From Azolla caroliniana (lineage: Eukaryota; Plantae; Polypodiophyta), in contig JBHGNT010000008.1 in the NCBI GenBank assembly GCA_043228905.1, positions 6,386,001-6,450,000 of the forward strand: DNA of 64,000 bases, written 5' to 3'. Below are positions 12,423 to 24,509 of this stretch, piece by piece. Both the position numbers and the translations under genes were made by a program. The notes under the pieces were generated by a model. The model ran no database searches. It was not told the origin of the DNA and saw nothing but the letters and a program-made list of their open reading frames with translations. Positions within the stretch are counted from its first letter, which is position 1; each line of letters opens with the position of its first letter.

Positions 12423-13592
12423 ATGGCCACCGTTAGCGCTGAAGAGTATCAATCCGTTTTCTCGGAATTTCAATGCTTGAAAGAGAAGTTTCATGCTTTG
12501 GAACAAGAAAATCAACGCTTGTTGGGGGATCTTCAGCAAATTTCCTTAGAAAAGCAGCAAACGCAACAACAGCATGGGGAACTTGCGTTACGCGTGCAAC
12601 AACTCGAAGCAACCATCGTAGCAATGCAACAACAAGGGCATGGAGCACAAGGGATTCATAAAGAACCCAAGATTGGCCTTCCCACGAAGTTCGATGGAAC
12701 GCGATCGCAGTTTAGAGGGTTTCTTAACCAGGTACGGTTAGTTATTCAAATGCATCCGTCCCGATATCCCACCGATGCATCACGAGTGGGTTTAGTAGGC
12801 ACGTTGTTAAATGGCTCAGCATTAGCATGGTTCGCTCCGCTACTAGAAAAGGAATCTCCAGTACTAAATAATTTTGAAGAATTCATAAGTGAGTTTAAAG
12901 CATGTTTTGGAGATACTGACAGCATAAGGACTGCAATCAATAAAATCCGGCGATTACGCCAAGGTGACCGTCCAGCCTCCGCATATGCTGCAGATTTCCG
13001 CCTACTCGCCGCCGATATCCCCTGGGATGATCAAGCATTGATGGAGCAGTTCCGCTATGGTCTACGCAACGATGTCAAGGATTTACTCTTGACTTTCCCT
13101 GAAGAGCCAAAATCATTAACAGAAGCAATCAGTCGAGCGGTCAGATGTGACAACCGCCTCTTCGAGCGACGTTCGGAACGACAATTTCAGATGCCGAGGG
13201 CAAGATCCGAGCCTACCTATGCCTCAGTGGTAGCGAAACCTTTTCAAAGGGAGTCACATAATGCGCCTCCAGTAAGTACTCCAACTCCAATGGAAATTGA
13301 CACTACACGTCGTCGTGGGCCGCTATCGGAGGAGGAAAAGCAACGACGCCGAACAAACCGATTATGCCTTTATTGCGGTGGACCAGGGCATATCGCGATA
13401 AACTGTCCCCATAGACCAAGAAGGCAGGTAAACCAAGTCGTTGTTAGTTCTGACTATACTAAACCCGAGTCTATTTCAGTAGGAATCTCTGATAGTCCTC
13501 ATAGTCATGATAATCCCAATAGTACTAATAGTCCGAATCTCGCAAACAAATTTGATATCCTTAGCCAATTAGAAGAAGAGTTAAACGACTAA
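12423..13592 (+). CDS. Chromovirus Gag
   Basis: 389 aa. Coiled-coil N-terminus, PEG10/Ty3-like capsid (P.KFDG.R..FRGFL), PTPMEID, and CCHC knuckle CLYCGGPGHIAINC. Confidence 0.95.
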   Translation: MATVSAEEYQSVFSEFQCLKEKFHALEQENQRLLGDLQQISLEKQQTQQQHGELALRVQQLEATIVAMQQQGHGAQGIHKEPKIGLPTKFDGTRSQFRGFLNQVRLVIQMHPSRYPTDASRVGLVGTLLNGSALAWFAPLLEKESPVLNNFEEFISEFKACFGDTDSIRTAINKIRRLRQGDRPASAYAADFRLLAADIPWDDQALMEQFRYGLRNDVKDLLLTFPEEPKSLTEAISRAVRCDNRLFERRSERQFQMPRARSEPTYASVVAKPFQRESHNAPPVSTPTPMEIDTTRRRGPLSEEEKQRRRTNRLCLYCGGPGHIAINCPHRPRRQVNQVVVSSDYTKPESISVGISDSPHSHDNPNSTNSPNLANKFDILSQLEEELND

Positions 13593-16500
13593 GTCCAGCC
13601 AAAATAGGAGCCGTTTGGTTGGACAGCCCTAGATCTGTGCAGCCCATTAGTGGTTCCATTCCCTCTAAGCAAGTTAGTGATGTGTTCGTAGCCCAAGTAG
13701 CAGTTAGTACTAAAAGTACCCCTCCAGTACATACCTTAGCCCTTCTAGATTCCGGAGCTAATTCTTGCTTCATGGATAGGAATTTTGCCCGAGCTCATCA
13801 GATATCTCTCAGAAAGCTCCCATGTCCAGCCTCAGTAGTAGTCATTGATGGTCGTCCCATTGCTTCTGGTAATATCATAGAAGAGTCGGAACCCGTTAAT
13901 ATTGTCCTAGATAACTTAACATGTGTAGTATCATTTAATATTATTAGTATTCCAGAACATCCCATAGTTTTAGGATTACCATGGTTCGAGTTACATAACC
14001 CAGACATAGATTGGAGGACAAGGGAAATCCGGTTGCGACAAACCCAAGGATCTACCCAGAAGGTTGCAACCATTTCGCTACGTCAGTTGCGTGAGGAAGG
14101 GCGCAAGGAGGAAATGTTTCTCTTCGCAATATCAGTACAACCCTCCAGCACCACCAAAGAGGAGTCCACCGTTCAACTTCCCGAGAAGTATCATCAGTAT
14201 GCTGATGTGTTCGATAAAGTACAAGCCAACACACTTCCTCATCATCGGCCGTACGATTGCGCCATCGACTTACAACCGGGAAAAGAGCCGCCATGGGGGC
14301 CGATCTACAATTTGTCACCAACCGAGCTAGAAGTCCTTCGAGCCTATATAGAGGAGAATTTGGAGAACGGTTTCATTCGGCATTCGAAATCTCCAGCCGG
14401 CGCACCCATTTTCTTCATCAAGAAAAAAGATGGCTCGCTTCGACTCGTTGTAGATTACCGTGGCTTGAATAAGGTCACAGTAAGAAATAGGTATGCTCTT
14501 CCCCTTATCTCAAGTCTTTTAGAACGGATCAACGGTGCCAGGTTCTTCACGAAGATCGACTTACGAGGAGCCTATAACCTCGTACGGATCCGACCAGGAG
14601 ATGAATGGAAGACCGCGTTTCGCACCAGATATGGGCACTTCGAGTATACGGTCATGCCGTTCGGACTCACTAATGCGCCGGCAGTCTTCCAGCACATGGC
14701 GAATGATATATTTCGAGATCTCTTGGATGATTTTTTGATCATCTATTTGGATGATCTACTGGTTTATTCAAAGACCCAAGAAGAACATGATTCTCATGTA
14801 CTATTAGTACTAAAACGACTTCGAGAACATGGTCTGTATGCAAAGTTAGAGAAATGTAGTTTCGGGTGCAACCAAGTGGAGTTTCTCGGCTATGTCATCT
14901 CCTCAGAAGGCATATCTATGGACCAAGCCAAGGTCAAAACGGTGATAGAATGGCACACTCCGCGTTCGGTGCGGGATGTGCAATGCTTCCTAGGCTTTGC
15001 AAATTTTTACCGGAAGTTCATACAAAATTACTCAAAAATTGTGCTGCCTCTCACACAGCTCACCAGGAAGGGACAATCATTCATTTGGTCTAAAGAGACG
15101 GACATGGCTTTCGAGAGTCTTAAGAAGGCGTTTACATCAGCTCCAATTTTAGGTCATGTGGATCCGGAAAAACCATTCATTATCGAAGCTGACGCATCGG
15201 ATTTCGCATTGGGGAGCATTCTGTCACAACAAGGTAACGACGAGAAGCTACATCCTGTGGCTTTCCACTCCCGTAAGTTTGACGCCGCCGAAATCAACTA
15301 CGAAATTCATGATAAAGAGCTATTAGCAATAGTTGATTCTTTTATGCAATGGAGGCATTTCCTGGAGGGATCTCCTCATCAGGTCACTGTATTCAGTGAC
15401 CACAAGAACCTTGCCTACTTTCAAGATGCTCGTGTACTGAATCGACGTCAAGCTCGGTGGGCCCACTTCCTCACACGCTTCGACTTCAAAATTATATATC
15501 GTCCGGGGAAGCACCAAGGGAAGGCAGATGCATTATCACGGCGTTCGTATCTAACACCACGTCCCGGTGAGCCAGCTTTCGATAACCAGAAGCAAGTAAT
15601 CTTGGGTCCAGCACGACTGCAAGCAGCACAGGTCTTTGACATGCCCGTGGATTCCGACATTACCAATACTATACGTGAGGACTTGAAGACTGACGCTTTC
15701 GCCCAAGCTATACTAGCACAAATTGACCCCTCTCGAGCGTCATGTTCACAATCACAATCACCAGGTACGGATTATCGGCAATTCAAATACTGTGATGGAT
15801 TACTCTTCTTTAAAGAACTTTTGTATGTTCCTAATGGTTCTGGCCGCCTTCGAGTAGTACAAAACTGCCATGACACATATACAGCAGGACATTTTGGTAG
15901 TACTAAAACATTAGATTTAGTACAACGATCATTCTGGTGGCCCCGTATGCGACAATTTGTCGAAGATTTTGTTCGGACTTGCGATACATGCTGCAGAGCG
16001 AAAATGCCAAGACATCATCCATATGGTTTATTAGAACCATTACCAATTCCAAGCAAGCCATGGCAATCCATTGCTCTTGACTTCATTACAGATCTTCCAG
16101 TCTCTAAGGGATTCAGTGCGATTCTCACAGTGGTGGATCGATATACGAAGATGGCTCATTTCTTACCATGTACTAAAGAAATATCTAGTGAAGACACCGC
16201 CGAAATTGTCATGCGGGAAGTATGTCGGCATCATGGACTCCCTGATAATATCATCAGCGATCGTGGACCCCAGTTTGTGTCAAAATTCTGGAAGCACCTT
16301 TTTAAAATGCTGAAGGTCACTTGTAACCTCTCCTCCGGCTACCACCCACAAACCGACGGTCAAGCCGAACGAACAAATCAAACACTGGAGCAGTATCTGC
16401 GGTGTTTTCTCAACTATCATCAGAATGACTGGGCAGATATTCTTCAGTTCGCCGAATTTGCCTATAATAACGCTATCCACGCATCGACTAAAGTCACGCC

Positions 16501-17176
16501 ATTCTACGCTTATACAGGATATCATCCCCGGTGGTGTGTCCTTGAAACCCCAGAAGTGTCCACAAATCCTTGCGCGGAGGATCGTTTGGAGCGGTTACGC
16601 AAGATACAAGCGGATTTATCTACTCAACTCCAGCAAGCTCAACAATCACACAAGGACTACGCAGATCGTCATCGACTTCCATCCAGTTTTAACATTGGAG
16701 ATCGGGTGTGGCTGCTACGACGACACATCAAGACTACTCGCCCATGTGAGAAGTTGGATTATCGGCGATTAGGTCCTTTCCGTATTATCGGGAAGATTAA
16801 TGATGTCGCTTTTCGTCTCGAGCTACCTCCGCAACTTCGGATACATCCGGTGTTTCATAGTTCTCTCCTCGAACCCTATCACGAGAGCACTATCCCAGGA
16901 CGTACTATACAACCACCACCTCCTATCGAGCTCGAAGATGGACCTGAGTATGAGGTCGCTGCCATCCTCGATTCCAAGATTGTTCGCAACAAGCTCTACT
17001 ATCTAGTCGATTGGCTAGGATATAGTCCCAGCGAGCGTACTTGGGAACCGATCGAGAATGTGACCAATGCTCGTGCTCTTCTAGAAGACTTCCATCGACG
17101 ATATCCCGAGAAACCAGGTCCTCAATCCAAAACGACTCGTGGAACTCGTCGTTTTAAAGGGGGGATAGTGTCATAA
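13580..17176 (+). CDS. Chromovirus Pol (PR-RT-RNaseH-IN-chromodomain), in the -1 frame relative to gag
   Basis: LLDSGA protease, YLDD RT, DASD RNase H, HHCC plus DDE integrase, GPF and chromodomain EYEVAAILD...YLVDWLGY...TWEP. The frame is open from 13565, and the tracked ORF start at 13619 is TTG, not ATG. Confidence 0.93.
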   Translation, partial: VKRLSPAKIGAVWLDSPRSVQPISGSIPSKQVSDVFVAQVAVSTKSTPPVHTLALLDSGANSCFMDRNFARAHQISLRKLPCPASVVVIDGRPIASGNIIEESEPVNIVLDNLTCVVSFNIISIPEHPIVLGLPWFELHNPDIDWRTREIRLRQTQGSTQKVATISLRQLREEGRKEEMFLFAISVQPSSTTKEESTVQLPEKYHQYADVFDKVQANTLPHHRPYDCAIDLQPGKEPPWGPIYNLSPTELEVLRAYIEENLENGFIRHSKSPAGAPIFFIKKKDGSLRLVVDYRGLNKVTVRNRYALPLISSLLERINGARFFTKIDLRGAYNLVRIRPGDEWKTAFRTRYGHFEYTVMPFGLTNAPAVFQHMANDIFRDLLDDFLIIYLDDLLVYSKTQEEHDSHVLLVLKRLREHGLYAKLEKCSFGCNQVEFLGYVISSEGISMDQAKVKTVIEWHTPRSVRDVQCFLGFANFYRKFIQNYSKIVLPLTQLTRKGQSFIWSKETDMAFESLKKAFTSAPILGHVDPEKPFIIEADASDFALGSILSQQGNDEKLHPVAFHSRKFDAAEINYEIHDKELLAIVDSFMQWRHFLEGSPHQVTVFSDHKNLAYFQDARVLNRRQARWAHFLTRFDFKIIYRPGKHQGKADALSRRSYLTPRPGEPAFDNQKQVILGPARLQAAQVFDMPVDSDITNTIREDLKTDAFAQAILAQIDPSRASCSQSQSPGTDYRQFKYCDGLLFFKELLYVPNGSGRLRVVQNCHDTYTAGHFGSTKTLDLVQRSFWWPRMRQFVEDFVRTCDTCCRAKMPRHHPYGLLEPLPIPSKPWQSIALDFITDLPVSKGFSAILTVVDRYTKMAHFLPCTKEISSEDTAEIVMREVCRHHGLPDNIISDRGPQFVSKFWKHLFKMLKVTCNLSSGYHPQTDGQAERTNQTLEQYLRCFLNYHQNDWADILQFAEFAYNNAIHASTKVTPFYAYTGYHPRWCVLETPEVSTNPCAEDRLERLRKIQADLSTQLQQAQQSHKDYADRHRLPSSFNIGDRVWLLRRHIKTTRPCEKLDYRRLGPFRIIGKINDVAFRLELPPQLRIHPVFHSSLLEPYHESTIPGRTIQPPPPIELEDGPEYEVAAILDSKIVRNKLYYLVDWLGYSPSERTWEPIENVTNARALLEDFHRRYPEKPGPQSKTTRGTRRFKGGIVS

Positions 17177-17458
17177 CTAGACTCGAACCCATAACCTTTT
17201 GTTACACGGGTCGAGACTTTACCATTAGGTTATGAATTGTAATTTGAAGGATATTATTTTCATTTAGGTTTTATTAGGAAATTGATGTATATTCCAGATT
17301 TCTCTGGAACATTCTAGAAACTTCAGGAGTATTCCTGAAGACACTATAAAAGGAGGCGCAAGGCATTAGTTCGAACCAAATCGGTTCAACGCCAGTCTTA
17401 AGCCTTCTAACCACTGTTGTATATCTTCCTTCATATAATACATATATCTTTCGCATCA

Positions 17459-17510
<52 letters not shown>

Positions 17511-18024
17511 ACTCATTCCTTCTCTCAAAGTTCAACACCTCTCATAGTACTAATCCTTCTCTGTCGTAGTACTATTCCCCGACAATAGTACTAATCCTTC
17601 TTTTAGTACTAATTCCTTCTCTGCCTTAATAGAGTTCCTGACAGCTTGTGTGTAAAGACCTTTGGCTGCCGGTGCAGTTCGGAGATAAAAGGCCATACAA
17701 GATCGATGCAACAACTTGGGAAATGTTGCATTTGAAGGTGGCTGACCGCATACATAAGGTGTTTTATAGACATGAGTCTGTACAACAACTTTGGCGAAGA
17801 AACAGAAGTGGATGTCCTGTGGAAGAAGATTGGCGCGATGTTCGAAAACAAGAACGTTGTGAACAAAGTCTCAATTTTCGGAAAAATCGTGAGACTCCGG
17901 TATCAAGACGGCTCCAACATGGTGGAGCACATTAATGCCTTCCAAGGACTAATGAATCATACCACCTCTCTAGAAGTACCCTTGCCGACGAGGTATTAGC
18001 ACTATTGTTGCTAGGATCCCTTCT

Positions 18025-18100
18025 TGTAAAGTAATGGAGTTGGTGGTGTAATGCAACGGAAGATAATTGAGTGTGTGTGTGTGTACATCAAATAGAGAGA

Positions 18101-18131
<31 letters not shown>

Positions 18132-21100
18132 CTCTTAACAAGAAAACTGTATATTACTTCCAACAACAACTAAGTTACAACAAGTTGGTTTAAATACCAA
18201 CTAAGCTAGGGCAAGCGCCCTTTCTACTATTTACAAAACTAACATGGTATGTCCATGAGCTAGTGCGAAACCTATCTATGGGAATTTGAGTTCGATTCTC
18301 AACACACCCCTTCGAACACAACTTCCATTTGCTGAAAAGTTGTTTCAGTCTTCGGAATACTTCGATTTAATGAATCGGATTCCGGCTTTATCGCTTTACG
18401 CTCCGCGTAACGTATTTGATGCGTGTTGCATAGTCTATCCGTGCTACGTATATTGTGTACTCCCCCTCAAGCTCGGCAATGTGGATGTCGTGAGACCAAG
18501 GTCCGATGCAAATTGCTCGAGCTTGTCGATGCCTAAGGCCTTCGTAAAGATATTAGCAGCCTGGAGGTGTGTACTAATATGTTGTAGATCAATTTCTCCG
18601 GCTTGTACGTGCTCGTGGATGAAGTGGTAGTGCACTTCGATATGCTTAGTCCGCGCGTGGAAGACGGGGTTCCGCACCAGGTAGATACTGCTCATGTTGT
18701 CGCAGTAGAGACGAATTGGATCCTTGATGGGTACGCCCAGATCCTTTAGTACGCGTTTGAGGCAGACAGCTTCACATGCGGCGACTGCTGCGCCCCTGTA
18801 TTCGGATTCCATGCTCGATAGTACGATTGTCAGCTGCTTCTTACTACTCCAGGAGATCGCTCCGCTACCAAGAGAGGAGACGAATCCGGATGTGGATCGT
18901 CTGTCCGCTTTATATCTTGCCCAGTCCGCGTCTGTGTACCCTTTTAGTCGAATGATCGCATTCGTCTTCTACATAATGCCGTAGTCCATTGTCGTATTGA
19001 CATACCGAAGTATCCTCTTAGCGCAGTCTAGATGAAGATTTCGTGGATTTTGCATAAACTGGCTGAGTATGCCGACCGAATAACTGAGGTCAGGTCGCGT
19101 AATGGTCAGATAGATCAAACTACTGATCAGTTGTCGATACTGAGTTGGCTCGCTCTCAGCGGTTCCGGAATTGGCATCAATCTTGAGATTACGATCAAGA
19201 GGGGTAGACACAGGCTTGCACTCGGTCATTCCAAACTTGTAGAATAAGTTGATAATGTAGTGCCGTTGAGAGATCATTATTCTGACTGGTGTCCGAATTA
19301 CTTCAATACCTAGGAAGTAATGGAGCTCGTGTAGGTCTTTCATTTCGAATCTGCCGGAAAGAAGTGATTTGACATTGTTAATCTCGACGAGATCCTTTCC
19401 TCCAATGACCAAATCATCCACATATAAGATGATGATGATCAGGCTTCTGACTCGTTTCGGATGTACAGAGAAGTATCAGATTTTGACATTCGAAATCCGA
19501 CTTGGTGAAGATACTGCGTGATCTTCAAGTGCCAAGTGCGCAATGCTTGTTTGAGGCCGTAGAGTGGCTTCTTGAGTTGGCATATGGCGAGCGTATATTT
19601 ATGCGATTCGAATCTGGGTGGTTGTATCATGTACACCTCTTCTTCTAACTCTCCTTGGAGGAAAGCATTTTTCACGTCCATTTGATGGAGGTGCCACCCT
19701 TTCGCTGCAGCGAGAGCAATTACGGTCCGTACAATCGTCATCTTTACCACCGGGGCAAAGGTTTCTTTGTAGTCTACGCCGTGCATTTGTGCGTAGCCTT
19801 TTGCAATGAGCCATGCTTTGAAGAGATTTACGGAGCCGTCGGCATTGTGTTTCACTTTGTAAATCCATCTGCAACCGATCGCTTTCTTGTTCGGGGGGTG
19901 AGGAACGAGATCCCATGTCTCGTTGTTGCATAGCGCTTCCATTTCCTCATTCATCACGTTGACCCATCGCGGATCCTTTACGGTTTCAGAAAGCGTTTCC
20001 GGCTCCCGTACTGACACTACTTTCATCATAAACGCATAATGATATGCCATGTACTCATTGTATCCGTAGAGGTTTACAGGGTTCTTTTCATGCGTGGAGT
20101 GGCGTGACTTTTCGTTTGCGGATTCTAGAGCGTCCTTCACACAGTCTATATGGAAGTCAAGGCCTTCGAACTCACTATCAAGATCGAAATGATCTTCGTA
20201 TTCCTGCATTTTCACCTTGCCTTTGTCGAGCTTTGGACTTGGCCGAGATGTGCTTTGATCGCTCGGCGGCTCTAACGGCCCACTCAGTTGTGTTGTAATT
20301 GGGTTTTCTTCGAACATCTATGTGAGTCAATCCTCAACTTCTATTTCTATTTCGGCGTCATCCGCGTCGAGCGGAGTTGGAGTCGAAGTATTCTTTGGTG
20401 CGTACCAGGATGCGTACTCGTCGAAGTCTACGTCTCGACTTGTTCAAACTTTTTGGGTAGATGGGTTGTTGCATTTGTACCCCTTCTATTCGAGCAAATA
20501 TCCCACAAGGATACACTTCTCCGACTTCGGATCAAGCTTTTGTCGCGTATCGTTGGGAATATGTACGTAGGCGATTGAGCCGAAAATGCAGACATGTGAC
20601 AAGTTTGGTTTCTTCTCAAAGAACTTCTCATGGGGAGTTATGTCATGTACTCCCGAGGTTGTGCACCTGTTCATGAGGTATACGACTGTGTTTACCACTT
20701 CTGCCCAATATGATTTCGGCAGGTTCTTCTCGTTCATCATAGCCTGTGCGACTTCTACTATATGTCGGTTCTTACGCTCAACTATGCCGTTCTGCTGAGG
20801 TGTATGACGGTATGAGAATTCTCGTCGGATTCCTTCCTTTCGGAGATATGCCGTAAACTCATCCGAAAAGAATTCTTTGCCTCCGTTTGATCGAAGGCAG
20901 TGTACGTGTCGACCCATAGCTTTTTCGATTTCGGCTTTAAACCTCTAGAAGTGTCCAAACACTTCGCTCTTCTATTTCATTAGGTAGATCCAGGTATTTC
21001 TAGAGAAGTCATCGATGAACGTGACATAGTATCGACAACCTCCGAATTTTGCCGTCTGGGCTGGTCCCCACACATCTGAATGTACAACATCCAGGATTCC

Positions 21101-22905
21101 TTTGCTCACATTCCATTCTTTCGGGAATGGGTGACGACGTTGCTTTCCGAATTGACATGCCTCGCAAACGCCCGTAATCTCCTTTGCCGTAAAGTTCAGG
21201 AGTCTGATTACGACTCCTTTTGATTGCATGTTCTGAAGCTTCTAGAGATTAATGTGGCCGATTCTCTTGTGCCACAGTTTTAAGTCGGTTTCGACTTTCA
21301 GGCCCTTTGTGAACATGGCCGACTTTACCTCGTTCGATTCGAGGATGAACATACGGCCTTCTCGACGACCGTGAACTACGACTTGATCGCCCATTTCGAT
21401 GAAGCACCCATCATTATTGAATCATACTTGCATTACTTGTTCGACAATCTGGCCAACCGAGACTAGGTTTTTCGTAATAGTGGGGACATGCAACACGTTC
21501 TTGAGGTAGGTTTGTTTTCCGTTGTTTCCGAATAGGACGTTCCCGATATGCTGTATTGGATGAGTCGTGTCATCTCCTGTTTCGACATATCCAGGATGTT
21601 CGGGCTTCCGTAGTTCCCGAAACCAATCTTCATGTGACGTCATGTGATTGGATGCTCCCGAATCAACAAACCGTACGCTATTCGGAGTGGAGGTGCTAGT
21701 TGACGTTAGTGCGGACATTGAATGCACTTTGTGCTTCATTATGAACATTCCACTATGATAGCCGTAGTTGAAGTTCGTGGCGTAATTTGTTAGCTGTCGG
21801 CATGTCTCACGTTTCTTCTTCTGACACTCCTCTTCGTAGTGGCCGGGTTTTCCGTAGTACCCACACTCGATTGGGTTTCTACGGTTGCTTGATCTGGTGT
21901 GATGACTTCCTCTTCCGCCGAACTCTCTGGGACTGCTTCTATTTGTTTGCCATTGGTGGGAGTTACGCTCTTGGGTCTGTCGACCGTTATGGCCTTGTTC
22001 GAATCGACCTCTGTTTCCACGGCCAAAATTTCTTCTATCATCCGACTGAGAGTAGAGCATATGACCATCTGGTGCGTTGCTCCTTTGTCGGGCGTGATTT
22101 TCTTCGACCAACAATATGGATTGGAGATCGAAGAATGAAGGAGGATTCTCCCTTGCTAGGATGGACGATCTAATCGAGCCAAGCCGAGGTGCTAAGCCAC
22201 TGAGGCATATTTGCACCATCTCGTCATCATCAATGATGACGTTGATCGATCCGAGGGCGTCACATAGTTCCTCTGAGGCATATTTGTACCATCTTGTCAT
22301 AATCAATGATGACGTTGATCGATCCGAGGGCGTCACATAGTTCCTTGATCCTCAAGGTATAACTTGTGATCGACATGTCCCTATGTTGTAGATTGTTTCG
22401 CTCCTGTCGAAGTTGGAGCTTTCGTGCGGCCATATTGGTTGCGAAAATCTTCTTGAGGTTTTCCCATGCCTGTTTCGGCATTTTTGCCTCTCGAATATAG
22501 CCTAACATATGATCATGGACGCATGATGCGAGACAGTACAACACACGGCTTGCAACCTGCTCCCACGCTGGGTAGTCGGCGTGTGTCGGGTTGGGTTGCA
22601 TTTTGTGAGCTCCTTCAATATAGCTCCAGTATCCTTGTCCGACAAGGTATTGATGCATCTTGTACTCCCAAGATGCGAAATATGTCCCGTCGAGCTTCTC
22701 CGTAGGAAGACCGCTTCCCATTTGAGTATTCATGGTGATTTCTTCTCTATTAATAAGCCGGTTTTGTTGATCGTTGGCATGTACCACAACACAGTCGAAT
22801 GTATTCGATTAAGCAACCACACGCTTTGATACCATGTAAAGTGATGGAGCTGGTGGTGTAATGCAACGGAAGATAATTGAGTGTGTGTGTGTGTGTACAA
22901 CAAAT

Positions 22906-22947
<42 letters not shown>

Positions 22948-23118
22948 CTTAACAAGAAAACTGTATATTACTTCCAACAACAACTAAGTTACAACAAGTT
23001 GGTTTAAATACCAACTAAGCTAGGGCAAGTGCCCTTTCTACTATTTACAAAACTAGCATGGTATGTCCATGAGCTAGTGTGAAACCTATCTATGGGAAGT
23101 TGAGTTCGATTCTCAACA
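18025..23118 (-). mobile_element. Full-length but decayed Ty1/copia element B
   Basis: LTRs 18025-18304 and 22835-23118. PBS TGGTATCAAAGC (22823-22834). Near-TSD CTTCT/CATCT. Fragmented gag, FVDSGAS protease, integrase, RT (YVDD) and RNase H ending ...SLRGS. Confidence 0.93.
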
Positions 23119-23147
23119 CATCTGGATAGCTGGGAAATGCTAGTTAT

Positions 23148-24070
23148 TGTGAACGATTACTTGCGGAAGCGTTAGAAAACAGAGAAAGTAGGGAATACAA
23201 GGAGTACACGGGAGAGACAGAAAGAGCAGAACGTAAAACCTATATTCAAAACGATATAATCACTCTATTTTTATACAACTGTGCTCAGTAGCACTATTTA
23301 TATGAGTCCTCAGGGGACTAACAGAAGTACCGCGTACTTCAATGCTCACACGAGCTTCTGACACTTACTACGAGACTATAATTGCCTAGTAGTCTAAACT
23401 AATACTAGGCTTCCGGTTACCGATTGGATCCGGCTAACTGGCTCTGTTGCTTGCCGGCTCGGTTGCTCACGGCTTACTGATCAGTCTCGCTTGCCAGCTC
23501 AAGCTTATTCAGCCGATCTGGCTCCAGTTGAGCTTGCTGCTCAACACTCCCCCTCAAGCTCAACTTGAGGTTGGATCCTAGTGTCAGTCTCTGTGGCTGT
23601 CGGTTCTTCCAACCAACTTCTCCTGGCGTCACTCCGCCTTGCTCGCGCTCCTCGTCCGGTTCGGTTCTGTTTGCCGTGACCCCTCTTGTTCTACGCGCCT
23701 CGACCTTCTCGGTCGATATGTCTGCTCAATAGGCCCTCTCAGCTCCTTCGCTGCTATGACTCCGGCGCTTATCGATCCGTCGGTTCCTCCGCGATGGCAT
23801 CGACTTCTGCTGCATCGTGTCTACTTGGCCTTGAATTGATCCGATTCTTCTGAATTTGTCTTTTGAACCGAATCGACTGTCTCCGATTCGTTCTAGCTCT
23901 TGTTCGAATCGGTTGCTCCCGATTCGTCTTCTGGTTCCAAGCCCTTTACCACATCGGACCATGTTCGGGTCTTGGCCTTCTTCCTTCGGTCGACTTTGTC
24001 CTTCTTGACTCTCAATTGGACCGTGAAGTCGAAACAAGGAGTGCGGACGGTAGGCAATCGGTGGGTGCAA
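23148..24070 (-). mobile_element. 3' LTR (23148-23546) and adjacent 3' internal remnant of a third, probably copia, element
   Basis: TG...CA LTR followed by CTCCCCCT (PPT on the minus strand) within AGCTTGAGGGGGAG (copia SLRG motif). Inserted in copia A gag. The other end is not found. Confidence 0.65.
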
Positions 24071-24100
24071 TATATAAGATGTAGAGTTATAGAGAAAAAA

Positions 24101-24225
24101 GGTTTAGGGTTTAGGAATTAGGGTTTGAGTTTTGGTTTAGGTTTAGGTTTAGGGTTAGGGTTAGGGTTTAAGAATTAGGGTTTAGTGTTTGTTTTGGGCT
24201 TAGGGTTTAGAGGGTAAAAGGGTTT
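24101..24225 (+). repeat. Interstitial degenerate telomere-like tract (TTTAGGG/TTAGGG)
   Basis: ggtttagggttttagg...tttagggttagggttagggttt...ttagggtttag. Confidence 0.75.
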
Positions 24226-24267
24226 ACGATTAAGTGCAAGAGGGGATAAAGTGAAAAGAAACACCAG

Positions 24268-24310
<43 letters not shown>

Positions 24311-24448
24311 GAGGGATTCACAAACATTAAAATTAGAAACAAGGTAAAACATAACCATAAGCTAAATAGTCTAGATTAGAAAGAGGGAGAGATTAAGAAG
24401 GAGACTAATTTTCATTAAGAAAAAGGAAACAATTACAATACGATGGGT

Positions 24449-24509
24449 AATGGTCATGAGCAAACTAGTTTCGCCCCCTACGGGGCTCATCAGTGCTACC
24501 ATGACCATT
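24449..24509 (-). ncRNA. Minimal type I hammerhead ribozyme (Penelope-like element type)
   Basis: Minus strand: AATGGTCATG-GT-AGCA CTGATGA GCCCC(GTAG)GGGGC GAAA C-TA-G TT TGCT-CATGACCATT. Full catalytic core, 14-bp stem I with a bulge, 5-bp stem II and a palindromic mini stem III (AACTAGTT). Confidence 0.85.

Larger units (their letters stand above)
11855..17643 (+). mobile_element. Full-length, intact Ty3/gypsy chromovirus (Tcn1-like)
   Basis: LTRs 11855-12321 and 17169-17643 look identical apart from (CT)n length. 5-bp TSD GCTTG (11850-11854 / 17644-17648). PPT AAAGGGGGGATAG before 17169. Intact gag and pol. Confidence 0.97.
11773..23147 (+). pseudogene. Copia A gag in three pieces (11773-11854, 17649-18024, 23124-23147) split by nested insertions
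   Basis: Reading continues across the insertions: ...MRDMLV|CKDLWLPVQF... and ...LLLGSL|DSWEMLV. Confidence 0.8.
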
